This document shows positions 29,241 through 37,668 of a stretch of 64,000 bases of DNA, piece after piece. The position numbers and the translations under genes were made by a program. How positions within the stretch are numbered: position 1 is the first letter of the stretch; every line of letters starts with the position of its first letter. Under the pieces are notes generated by a model that had not been told where the DNA came from, made no database searches, and worked only from the letters and a program-made list of their open reading frames with translations. Origin of the DNA: a virus; IMG/VR virus record IMGVR_UViG_3300044720_000021, positions 2,896 through 66,895 of that record; one strand, written 5' to 3'.

Positions 29241-30158
29241 ATGGCAGAGAACGCAATCACGCTCCGCGCAAAGGCGAAGGTGGCAGGCATCGAGGGCTAC
29301 AAGTTGATGACTGTTCCCGAGCTCGAAGCGGCGCTGAAAAAGTCCGGGGGCTCGACGGGTCGCAAGGCCGCACCCGCAGCTTCCTCGAACGGATCCGGGC
29401 GCAAGCAGGCCACGGGTCGCAAGGTGGCGAGCACGACCGTCAAGAAGCCGGCGGCGTCCACCGGGCGCAAGCAGGCCACGAGTGCGAAGCAGGCACCTGC
29501 CGCGAAGTCCGAAACTTCGGGCAAGGCGAAGCGGCCTGCCACTGGCACTCGCAAGCAGGCGGCGGCGACCACGAAGAAGGCACCCGCCACGACCAAGAAG
29601 CAGGCCGCGCCGAAGGCGGCAAAGGTCAACGCCGATGCTCCGGGTCGCGCGGCCATCGACAACAAGGCCGTGGACTGGAAGAAGGACACGACCATCGGCA
29701 AGGCGGACGGCCCGCGCCAGGACATCATGCGTGCGCTGCGCAAGTTCAACGGGAACAAGGAGAAGGTTTTCACCGCGCTCAAGGATGCGGCGCAGACCCT
29801 CTACCCGAGGAACAAGCGGAGCGGCGAGCGCTACAACAAGGCCAAGTCGCTCGAACTGCTCCGCTGGCACATCGGTCGGGTGGCGTTCGACTACGTGGTT
29901 CAGACGGGGCAGCACACTGTCTCCTCGAACCGCGCGGCCTACGGCCACTCGACGGATCCGCAGGCGGTCAAGCGGCGCGAGGCACGCGGGGTGAGCTCTA
30001 CGGGCACCACAGGCCGCAAGAGCGCGCCGAAGGCCCAGACCGCTCGGAAGCCCGCGCCGACGCCGAAGAAGGCACAGACGCCCGCACGCAAGCCCGCAGC
30101 GGCGTCCACGCCGAAGTCGGCAGCCGGTCGCAAGACGGCCGCAGCGCGGAAGCGGTAG
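29241..30158 (+). CDS. Histone H1-like basic protein: Rho-N/HEH-like N-terminus, folded core, Lys/Ala/Thr-rich arms
   Basis: AAGGAGG RBS; TLRAKAKVAGIEGYKLMTVPELEAAL; repeated GRKQAT/KKPAA/KAP motifs. Confidence 0.7.
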   Translation: MAENAITLRAKAKVAGIEGYKLMTVPELEAALKKSGGSTGRKAAPAASSNGSGRKQATGRKVASTTVKKPAASTGRKQATSAKQAPAAKSETSGKAKRPATGTRKQAAATTKKAPATTKKQAAPKAAKVNADAPGRAAIDNKAVDWKKDTTIGKADGPRQDIMRALRKFNGNKEKVFTALKDAAQTLYPRNKRSGERYNKAKSLELLRWHIGRVAFDYVVQTGQHTVSSNRAAYGHSTDPQAVKRREARGVSSTGTTGRKSAPKAQTARKPAPTPKKAQTPARKPAAASTPKSAAGRKTAAARKR

Positions 30159-30176
30159 GTGTCGGCAACTCGGACA

Positions 30177-30209
30177 GGTGGGAGGCCCGGAGAGATCCGG
30201 GCCTCTACC
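30177..30209 (+). terminator. Hairpin after the H1-like gene
   Basis: GAGGCCCGGA-GAGA-TCCGGGCCTC stem with GNRA loop; no U-tract. Confidence 0.5.
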
Positions 30210-30214
30210 GTCTG

Positions 30215-30478
30215 ATGATCGCACAGACTTTCACGCTGTCGGAGTACGCGATTGCAGGCTGGCTCGCGCTTGCACTCACGCTGCTCGTGCTACACGCCCT
30301 GGTCGATTTGTCTAGGCTTTTCACGCGCCTGATGAATCGCACGCCGACAGTCAACGTGGACGCCGACGTGCAGGCAGTCATCACAGAGTCGCTGCATGTT
30401 CATCGCGACCCGCTTGCGCCTGACGCTCGATACGGGGCATTCAACGAAGCCCGAGAGAGATTGAGAAGGAGGAGATGA
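30215..30478 (+). CDS. Single-TM membrane protein
   Basis: AIAGWLALALTLLVLHALV. Confidence 0.5.
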   Translation: MIAQTFTLSEYAIAGWLALALTLLVLHALVDLSRLFTRLMNRTPTVNVDADVQAVITESLHVHRDPLAPDARYGAFNEARERLRRRR

Positions 30479-30642
30479 AAATGCCAAGCAGATCGATCAA
30501 GGTCAAGGCAGGTGACAGGGTGAACTACGAGAACCGTCCCGTCACCGTGCTGCAAGTCAAAGGCTCGACCGTCCAGATCCGCAACACGTTCGGCTATCCG
30601 CAGGACGTGAAGAAGTCGGAGCTCACCGAAATCAAAACCTGA
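30475..30642 (+). CDS. Small SH3/KOW-like beta protein (55 aa, not in ORF track)
   Basis: AAGGAGGAG RBS; KVKAGDRVNYENRPVTVLQVKGSTVQI. Confidence 0.55.
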   Translation: MKMPSRSIKVKAGDRVNYENRPVTVLQVKGSTVQIRNTFGYPQDVKKSELTEIKT

Positions 30643-30650
30643 CCAAATTT

Positions 30651-30803
30651 TCACCCGGTTGCCCGTGTCAGGGAATTGCCGGCGACGTTCCATCTTGACG
30701 TTCTGCGGAATGCTGCTACGATTTGCTGGTGCCAGAGCGTCAAGTGGCTCGGTCGCAAAGCGGGGAGGGTAAACAGGCGTGAGCTCTCCCCGCAGATTTT
30801 CAT
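30651..30803 (-). CDS. Possible 50-aa minus-strand ORF (MKICGESSRL..)
   Basis: Same AGGGAGGTAG RBS as neighbouring early genes; codon usage atypical. Confidence 0.3.
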   Translation of the reverse strand: MKICGESSRLFTLPALRPSHLTLWHQQIVAAFRRTSRWNVAGNSLTRATG

Positions 30804-30967
30804 AGCTCACTACCTCCCTGAGTAGAGAGCGGAACATGACGGCCCGTCCTTCACCGGCACGGGCCGTCACCGTTCTAGGGCTCAACGCTCGAACCGTAGA
30901 GCCGGATCCGTGAGTAGGTGCGCTAGCTGCGAAGGTGGATCGCGTAGCCATGCATGAAAATCCACCC

Positions 30968-30996
30968 TTGACATGCCGTGGCCGTTCAGGTAGATT
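30968..30996 (+). promoter_or_regulatory. SigA-type promoter of the plus-strand early operon
   Basis: TTGACA-17 nt-TAGATT; AAAATCCACCC just upstream; TTGTCA twice at 30995-31006. Confidence 0.75.
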
Positions 30997-31029
30997 GTCA
31001 TTGTCAAGCAAACGAGAGGGAGGTAGCGC

Positions 31030-31374
31030 ATGAGCGAAACCCTGGATACGCGGCAGTTGATTGAGGAGTTGGACGCGCTGGATGATCGCGATAGCGCGGA
31101 TTCCGACGATCCACTGGACGACGAGGAGCGCGAGCGCCGCGATGCAATCCGCGAACTGGCCGATGCCGGGATCGAGGATTGGGAGCACGGTGCGACTCTG
31201 ATTCCAGAGGACGGGTTCGAGGACTACGCGCGTGAACTCGCTGAGGACATCGGCGCAGTCGATCCCAACGCCGCATGGCCGGCCACGTACATCGATTGGG
31301 AAGCCGCCGCTACGGCTCTGCAACAGGACTACACGTCCGTAGAGTTCATGGGCGTCACGTACTACGTCCGATGA
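31030..31374 (+). CDS. Acidic ArdA-like antirestriction/DNA-mimic candidate
   Basis: Very Asp/Glu-rich; FEDYARELAEDIG..YIDWEAAATAL resembles ArdA C-terminal domain. Confidence 0.55.
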   Translation: MSETLDTRQLIEELDALDDRDSADSDDPLDDEERERRDAIRELADAGIEDWEHGATLIPEDGFEDYARELAEDIGAVDPNAAWPATYIDWEAAATALQQDYTSVEFMGVTYYVR

Positions 31375-31397
31375 AAAACTCAAATAGGGAGGTAGCA

Positions 31398-32345
31398 ATG
31401 AGCGAAACCCTCAAATGTCCGGAATGCGGTGAGGTCGTATGGGATTTGCCGCACGGATCCAAACTCGCAAAGTGTTGGGCCGTTCACCCTTCGACGGGTG
31501 GAACTCTCGCGTTCGACACTATGAGCGATGACGACGATGACGAGGAGGAAAACGTGACAGTCGAAACCCGAACAATCCAGATTTTCAAATTCGAGGAACT
31601 GTCCGAGGAGAGCCCTCGTGCCTACATCGGGAGTATGTCTCCAAAGGATCGGGCTCGTGACAAGATCAGTCAGTGGCTTCACGAGGATGCAAACGAAACA
31701 CTGAATGATCTTTTCAGTGAGCGTTTGGACGAATACGGATTCCCAACCGATACGATTGAGTGGTCGCTCGGCTACTCTCAGGGTGACGGAATGGCTTTCT
31801 ACGGATCCGTGGACGTGAACGCTTTCCTTCGCAAAATCAAGCAGGTGAAAAGGTTCCGCACTCTGCTCAGTGAAAATGTGGACGTGTCTGCCGACATCTC
31901 GCGCAATTCGTTCGGTTCTCACTACTCGCATTGGAACACGATGAACGTGGACGTGGATTACAGCGGGGTCGAGACTCCCAAGCGCGATGCCCTCCTGAAA
32001 GAACTCTGTGATGTCATGACTGAAAAGGTGCAAGACATCTCGCGCGAGCTCGAACAGGCAGGCTATGCCGCGCTGGAAGTCTCAGACGAGATAATTGCCG
32101 AGCACTGTGAGGCAAATGAGTACCGTTTCCTCGTTACTGGCGAGTTCGCGCCGGAAGGGGAGAGCACTGAAAAGTCAGAGCCCAACACCGCTGCTAAGGC
32201 ACGCCTAGAGGAGCTAAGAATCGAACTTCGAGCCGAACGCATGAGCTACGGCGAATTGGCCGAATTGCAAGGTCTAGCCGAGCACATCGACCCGAGCGAT
32301 GCCGAGCTACTTGAGGCCGCAGGCGTTCCCGAGGGGGATTCATGA
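31398..32345 (+). CDS. Multidomain acidic early protein
   Basis: CPEC N-terminus; FKFEELS..YSQGDG..EANEYRF core; RLEELR..SYGELAELQ..LLEAAGVPE C-terminus. Confidence 0.6.
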   Translation: MSETLKCPECGEVVWDLPHGSKLAKCWAVHPSTGGTLAFDTMSDDDDDEEENVTVETRTIQIFKFEELSEESPRAYIGSMSPKDRARDKISQWLHEDANETLNDLFSERLDEYGFPTDTIEWSLGYSQGDGMAFYGSVDVNAFLRKIKQVKRFRTLLSENVDVSADISRNSFGSHYSHWNTMNVDVDYSGVETPKRDALLKELCDVMTEKVQDISRELEQAGYAALEVSDEIIAEHCEANEYRFLVTGEFAPEGESTEKSEPNTAAKARLEELRIELRAERMSYGELAELQGLAEHIDPSDAELLEAAGVPEGDS

Positions 32346-33067
32346 ACTGGCGCGAGGCTCGTGACATGCTCGATGGCAAGGGCAAGCGGAGAGGGCCGCA
32401 GGACAGTCTGAAAATCGCTCGAAACACTGTGCTCGAACGTGGACGTTCATTCAACCCCGCGCTTGCTCGTGCGCCAGTGTCGAATTCGCAGTACCCCGAG
32501 ACTGCAATTGGGCTCAGGTTCCACAACACATATGTGGCAGTCCTCACGCCGCGTTGGACGGAGCTCAACACGGGAGGATGGAATACGAGGTCTACGCGCG
32601 ACAGGATCGAATTCGTGAGTGGAATTTCAGTAGGCAATCAAAGCGGCAAGGGGTGGGCCGTCTACCTCACGCGTGACGATCTCCCGTGCTACTGCCTACG
32701 CCATGCCGAGGCAGGGAAGCCGACAGGGGATCCTGAGAGGGCAATCGTCATCCGTGGCGACTACGCACCGGGGCTCGATTTTCATTTCACGGGAGAGTAC
32801 GAGGGTACGTCTGACGTGAACCCGTCCGGCAAGCCGATCTATGAATGGATCCCATGTTCGACGTGCAAAGGCTCAACATTGCGCGCCGGCATCGACTACG
32901 AAAGTGGCGGGCATCCTTTCTACGACGGGATCCGCGTTAGTGCGGACGGAAAGCGGATCATGAAAAGCCAACCGCACAAGCCGGCACGCGTCACGCCTGT
33001 CATCACTGAATCCGGGTTCGACATGGCAAGTAGTTACTCACGCCCGCGCATCTACGGGGGATGGTAG
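32342..33067 (+). CDS. Conserved phage early hypothetical protein
   Basis: LRFHNT..LNTGGWNTRSTRDRI motif. Confidence 0.6.
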   Translation: MNWREARDMLDGKGKRRGPQDSLKIARNTVLERGRSFNPALARAPVSNSQYPETAIGLRFHNTYVAVLTPRWTELNTGGWNTRSTRDRIEFVSGISVGNQSGKGWAVYLTRDDLPCYCLRHAEAGKPTGDPERAIVIRGDYAPGLDFHFTGEYEGTSDVNPSGKPIYEWIPCSTCKGSTLRAGIDYESGGHPFYDGIRVSADGKRIMKSQPHKPARVTPVITESGFDMASSYSRPRIYGGW

Positions 33068-33351
33068 GTATGACGCCCGCGCCGACGCGCCACGCCGCGC
33101 CTAAGCGCCGTCGATATCTTGTCGGATGGTCGGAGCACGGGGTGCTGTTCGAGCCGCTTACGGGGCTCTACGCAACGCACGAGAGAGCTCTAGCTCGATT
33201 GGACAGGATCCTCGGAGAGATGCGGCGCAAAAGGATCCGCGAACCGGACGGTTGGTATTTCATCTACGGCCCGGATGGCGTTCAGGACGTGGTTGGGACG
33301 GGAAAGGAGAAAGGCAAGGAGATGCCTAAATTCAGCGCCAGCGTTCGCTAG
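33061..33351 (+). CDS. Hypothetical protein
   Basis: Last gene before terminator. Confidence 0.5.
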   Translation: MVGMTPAPTRHAAPKRRRYLVGWSEHGVLFEPLTGLYATHERALARLDRILGEMRRKRIREPDGWYFIYGPDGVQDVVGTGKEKGKEMPKFSASVR

Positions 33352-33355
33352 AAAC

Positions 33356-33384
33356 AGGGCCGGGAAACCGGCCCTTTTTCTTTC
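33356..33384 (+). terminator. Intrinsic terminator
   Basis: AGGGCCGG-GAAA-CCGGCCCT-TTTTCTTT. Confidence 0.85.
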
Positions 33385-33709
33385 TGAAAATCTGGGATAA
33401 TTTTCACGCGTTTGCCGATGTCAGACGATCTCACCGGCGAAGCTGGACGCGCTTTTCAGGAATGCGCGAGCGATACCCGGATGAAATGCATCCCGGAGCT
33501 CAAGCGCAATGCAGACGTGCAAAGACAGATCGACGTTGCGGCCGGCATTCTTCTGCCGACAGGGAACGACAAAATACCCGGCGGTTGCCGGGTTTGTTGA
33601 AAATCTCTCGATTGTGGGATCCTCGCAACCCGTAGCGGACTGCAAGCGATGATCCCTAAAACGTCCTCGCAGGTCTACGCATAGCCCTCCTCGAACTCTC
33701 TACATACAT

Positions 33710-33736
33710 GCATGAAAAACCGTTGTGGATAGCGGC
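33710..33736 (+). repeat. 27-bp inverted repeat, left copy
   Basis: GCATGAAAAACCGTTGTGGATAGCGGC; 26/27 to reverse complement of 34659-34685. Confidence 0.8.
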
Positions 33737-33757
33737 TATACGCGCAATTGAGTTTAC

Positions 33758-33997
33758 TTAGACGAAGGTAGGTTTGCCATCGACAATTTTCACGGTGCCG
33801 ATGAACTCGTTAGACCCGGATCCGCTAGACCCGGACGTTGCATAGAGGTTGAAAACGTCCTGTCCCTCGAAAACGTGGCCATCGACAAGAACGCCAACAT
33901 TCCAACCTTGTGCTTGCGCGCGGATCCCGCTTGCGGAAGAACCTAGGCGGGATGCTTCTCCGCGTGAGCCCTTCACGTAGCCTATGAATTGCGCCAT
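33758..33997 (-). CDS. Conserved phage early hypothetical protein
   Basis: MAQF..GSRGEASRLGS..GW motif; AGAGGAG RBS. Confidence 0.65.
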   Translation of the reverse strand: MAQFIGYVKGSRGEASRLGSSASGIRAQAQGWNVGVLVDGHVFEGQDVFNLYATSGSSGSGSNEFIGTVKIVDGKPTFV

Positions 33998-34114
33998 GAC
34001 TTTGACTCCTCTCTGAGCCCGTTACGGACTGTCCTGCGACTGTCACGCGGTTTCAGTACGCGGCCATCGGAACGCTTTTCGTCTCGCATACGGATCCGCG
34101 AGTCTTTGAACGTC

Positions 34115-34630
34115 CTAGACATAGCCGGTACCTGCGTGCTTGAGCGTTGCCGGGTTTTCAGGATCGACCACGAGCAGTTCGGTATTGCCTCGCTCGTTCA
34201 CTTCCCACATTTCGGGAAAGTAGTTGTGCTCGTTAGTCCACGAGACGAGGAATTCCCTAGCAGCGTCGATGTCAGCGAACGTCCCTAGGTGGAACTGCTC
34301 GCTTGACACTGAAAACCCGTCGCGCGTCTCGGAAATAAACGCGTCCGATTCCTGATCGGGTCTAGGCGGCTCGCTTTCGCGAATCACCTTGCCGCAGTCA
34401 TCGCACGTAATGCCATTTTCCGTTTCATCCCACGGCGCGATTGCGCCTACGGGATTCCCTTCACTGTCTCGCGCTGATTCCGGGATAAAGCCATTTTCAT
34501 CGACCCCGAACATTTCAGCGGTGCAAGCAGGACAGTTCTCGGACGCGTTGTAGGTATAAGCGATCGGGTGCGGGTATTCCTGGTTCAGATAGTCGCCTGC
34601 ACCTTCCGTACCTGCGGGTAGAGCTCGCAT
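34115..34630 (-). CDS. Acidic zinc-binding early protein
   Basis: AYTYNASENCPAC..TCDDC; GGGAGG RBS. Confidence 0.65.
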   Translation of the reverse strand: MRALPAGTEGAGDYLNQEYPHPIAYTYNASENCPACTAEMFGVDENGFIPESARDSEGNPVGAIAPWDETENGITCDDCGKVIRESEPPRPDQESDAFISETRDGFSVSSEQFHLGTFADIDAAREFLVSWTNEHNYFPEMWEVNERGNTELLVVDPENPATLKHAGTGYV

Positions 34631-34658
34631 TGCTTCCTCCCTGAGAGAAAGCGCGCAC

Positions 34659-34685
34659 GCCGCTATCCATAACGGTTTTTCATGC
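34659..34685 (-). repeat. 27-bp inverted repeat, right copy
   Basis: GCCGCTATCCATAACGGTTTTTCATGC on + strand. Confidence 0.8.
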
Positions 34686-34765
34686 TGTATGCAGTTGTCA
34701 AAGAACGTCGGAGCGGGTTCTAGTGCTCCGAACCCGTCCCCCGCGAGGGAGGACGGATCCGCAAC

Positions 34766-34999
34766 CTAGCTACCGTGAAAAGCCGTGAGGCATTGCGCGC
34801 AATGCTCCTCCTCGGACGGATCCTCCAAAACTTGCAGTCCTTCGAGCCGCCAACCGTCTGCCTCTCCTCCGGCATGGACAGGATTGGAGGGCTCGTTCAT
34901 GCAGTCGCCGCATAGCATCTCGCTATCGTCCATGACGTAGCCGATTGGATAACCGCCCGGCCATGCGTACTTTTCAGCGGGTGCAAATGGGAAGTTCAT
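34766..34999 (-). CDS. Small zinc-binding early protein
   Basis: YAWPGGYP..LCGDC..CAQC; ATG coupled to upstream stop. Confidence 0.6.
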   Translation of the reverse strand: MNFPFAPAEKYAWPGGYPIGYVMDDSEMLCGDCMNEPSNPVHAGGEADGWRLEGLQVLEDPSEEEHCAQCLTAFHGS

Positions 35000-36065
35000 C
35001 GAACTCGCTTTCCCTTCGAGGTCGGCCGGATATGAAAAGCGCGAGCAGGGCGCTTGTGCTTCCCCTTCTCTGTACGCGTCTGAAAGCGTCTCCAACCATT
35101 CTCAGACTTGTGAACGTTATCGGCCATGCTTCCCCCTAGATTGTCATTCGATTGACTGTGCGAGGCTTGAGCGCTTCCGCTGAGATGCCATAGCGCGCGA
35201 GAACCTCGGAAACGACACCTAGCTTTTCTTCCTCGTCCAACCACGCTGCTACCCGGATCCCTTCGAGCGTGAGCAAATCGACCGTGGACGGGCTCAACTC
35301 TCGACCCGTGAGCGTGTCGATGGCCAGAGAAGCCAACTGTGCCGAGTTCAGCATGGCAATGCCCGCGCGATGTCTGCGTAATGCGGCGACACGAGATGCA
35401 TCATGCTCCGCATCTCGGCTTGCCAGTCGCGGCCGGCGCGCTCGTTCAAGCGGGTATCCATGAGGAACCGTCCGGCAAGATCCTTCGTCCTCTCGTCGGC
35501 AGTGAAAAGCATTTCATGGACTGAGCACGTCCGGTAGATGAAGTTGATTGCCTCGTCCTCGAACGCGACCACGGCGGTTTCGTTGCAGTAGTCGCACGGC
35601 TTCCCGGAGACTGATAGACGGTATGACGAGATTGTCACGGTAGGAACCTTTCTTTGTAGTCATCGACGCATTGAGTGAAAAGGGATGAATCGTAGGCATC
35701 CCCTGCGAGAACTTCGGCGGTGCAGGCGAAAGCGGCATCCGTTGTCATGCGGACGGATGAAAAAAGCGCGAACGTCACAAGGACGATAAGCAGGAAGAAC
35801 GCGATAGCGCCTCTCATGACTGCCTCTCGCCTGCCGCCGCACGCAAGCCATCGCGAAGCGTGCGCGCGAGGATGGCCGCTAGGCACTGTCCACGGGATGC
35901 TTGCGACCATCCCTCGCAACGGTAGATCACTTCCCCCGTCTCAGTGTTGCGCGCTTGCGCCTCTCTCTGCGGGGTAGTCAGCTCGATCGACCACGGCGCG
36001 TAGCGCTCGTTCAATGAGGCAACGTCGGCCGTTCTGACCATCGGGTGTGCGTGCGTGGATCCCAT
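34996..36065 (-). CDS. Five small minus-strand genes (34996-35127, 35136-35354, 35348-35638, 35635-35817, 35814-36065)
   Basis: RBSs and overlapping junctions; one TM protein, one CxxC protein. Confidence 0.5.
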
Positions 36066-36384
36066 GCTGCTCCTCTCGTCTCGTGATGTAAGTGAAAATC
36101 TAGCACAGTCAGCGGACAAATGCAGGTTCGGCGTCAACGCGTCCGCTCCTCCTCTACCCCGCAAGCGGGGGAAGGGTCGGACTGTGGGATCCTGCCAACT
36201 GACCATCTCCCCCTAGATCGGCGGCTAGAGGAGCATCCTGCATCCCTCACTAGGGGGATCCCCTCTCCGGGCTCGTGCGGCACCGCTGCGGGGATGCCCG
36301 TAGGCGGGAGAAGGGATCTACCCCGCTATAGATACGCACCCCCTGAGAGCCCTCTCTGTGAGCCCCTATGCCTAGGGTCGTGCT

Positions 36385-36416
36385 CGTGCGCGCGCGCGTG
36401 CGTGCGTGCGCGCATA
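36385..36416. repeat. 32-nt alternating purine/pyrimidine tract
   Basis: CGTGCGCGCGCGCGTGCGTGCGTGCGCGCATA. Confidence 0.85.
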
Positions 36417-37031
36417 GGGGGATTGTCATGGGCTAATGCAAGCAGGGTGCTAGCCCTCTATCCATGCCACATTGAGCGCTATATGAAAACCCGTCCCTGA
36501 AAGCGGGCAATGGGAGACTATTCACCTATCCACACTGCATAGAGAACAGGCATTCAATCCCTTCCTTTCCTAGTCTCATTCTCCCCTTGCACGGGGCCGC
36601 TCAGCACAGTGACAGGATGAAAAAAGAATCTGATCATGGCATCACTGGATTGTCACTCTACTGGCATGTACCTATGCAGGGATGCCCGCTTAGATTTTCA
36701 CCTATGCCACTGTCTGAGGGCTCAAGTAGTGAAAATCACAAGTACGATTCAAGCGACCTTCCGAGGCAGTACCGGATATTTTCATCGAGAAGGTGTTTGG
36801 ACGTATCGGTGCGGGGGGCGCATCAACACACCGCTTCTCGGATTCTGGATCAGGGAGTATTTTCATGAGGAATACCCTGGGTGGATTTTTTCTGGGTAGG
36901 AAAAAGCACTCGGGAGGACGAGGGCGCAAGCGGAGGCACAGCAAACGGGGACAGGAAGCGCTGAGAGGCCCAAAGCGGGGTGAAGGGGGGTGGAGGACGG
37001 ATTCCCGCTTCCGGGGAGCCTGTGGGCGGGT

Positions 37032-37060
37032 TTGACAGGCAAGGGAAAGGGGAGCAGACT
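37032..37060 (+). promoter_or_regulatory. SigA-type promoter of accessory operon
   Basis: TTGACA-17 nt-CAGACT. Confidence 0.55.
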
Positions 37061-37118
37061 CGATCTACCCGAAAGGCCAAGACCCCGCCGAAAGAGTGCA
37101 GGAACGAGAGGAGGAGGA

Positions 37119-37478
37119 ATGCTGGTGGCAGAACACGGACTCGGAGTCGTTTGGCACTGCCCATCGTGCGGTGCTCACTCCAAACGGCGCTTCGACAGTG
37201 TGGAGGTAGCTGCTGTCGCGCTGAAAAGACACAAGACGATGCTGCATGGCCCATCGACTGAGCGGTGGATCCGGCTGCGTGCGGGTCACTACCGATTGCT
37301 TCGAGATGGGGAGAGCGTCGGGGACGTGATCTACGAAGTGGACGTGTGGCACATCTACCCGTTCGCGGAGATCGCTGTCTACACGAAGGACATGGACGAG
37401 CCCTTCGGCACAAAGCGCGAAGCGAAGGTCGCGTTGCGGGAGGTTGCACATTCGACGGCGAAGGTTGCTTTCGTCTGA
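37119..37478 (+). CDS. Small zinc-finger protein
   Basis: GAGGAGGAGG RBS; WHCPSCG..H. Confidence 0.6.
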   Translation: MLVAEHGLGVVWHCPSCGAHSKRRFDSVEVAAVALKRHKTMLHGPSTERWIRLRAGHYRLLRDGESVGDVIYEVDVWHIYPFAEIAVYTKDMDEPFGTKREAKVALREVAHSTAKVAFV

Positions 37479-37533
37479 TGCGGCTGCTAGCTTTCGCGCG
37501 GAGCGAGATGGGGTTCCCCTTGATCGCTTTGGT

Positions 37534-37668
37534 GGAGCTCGGTGTTACCCCGGACGGTGCCGAAAGGGTTAGGCCAGAGGGGCGACGTGACATCGGCCGG
37601 CGAGTAGTGGTCACGCACTTGCTGACTCGGCGGCATGGAGGTTCGAAACCTCCCACCGGGCCTCCACC
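37534..37668 (+). ncRNA. tRNA-like RNA with an extended hairpin in place of the anticodon loop
   Basis: Acceptor CTCGGTG/CACCGGG, D-arm ACC/GGT, stem GCCGA/TCGGC, 5-nt variable region, T-arm GGAGG-TTCGAAA-CCTCC. Confidence 0.6.

Noticed and set aside
29189-30478. 429-aa plus-strand ORF overlapping the H1-like gene
   Set aside because: Off-frame read of low-complexity sequence; only 30215-30478 looks like a real gene
36587-37035. Short ORFs in the non-coding hub
   Set aside because: No RBS, atypical codons, mutually overlapping
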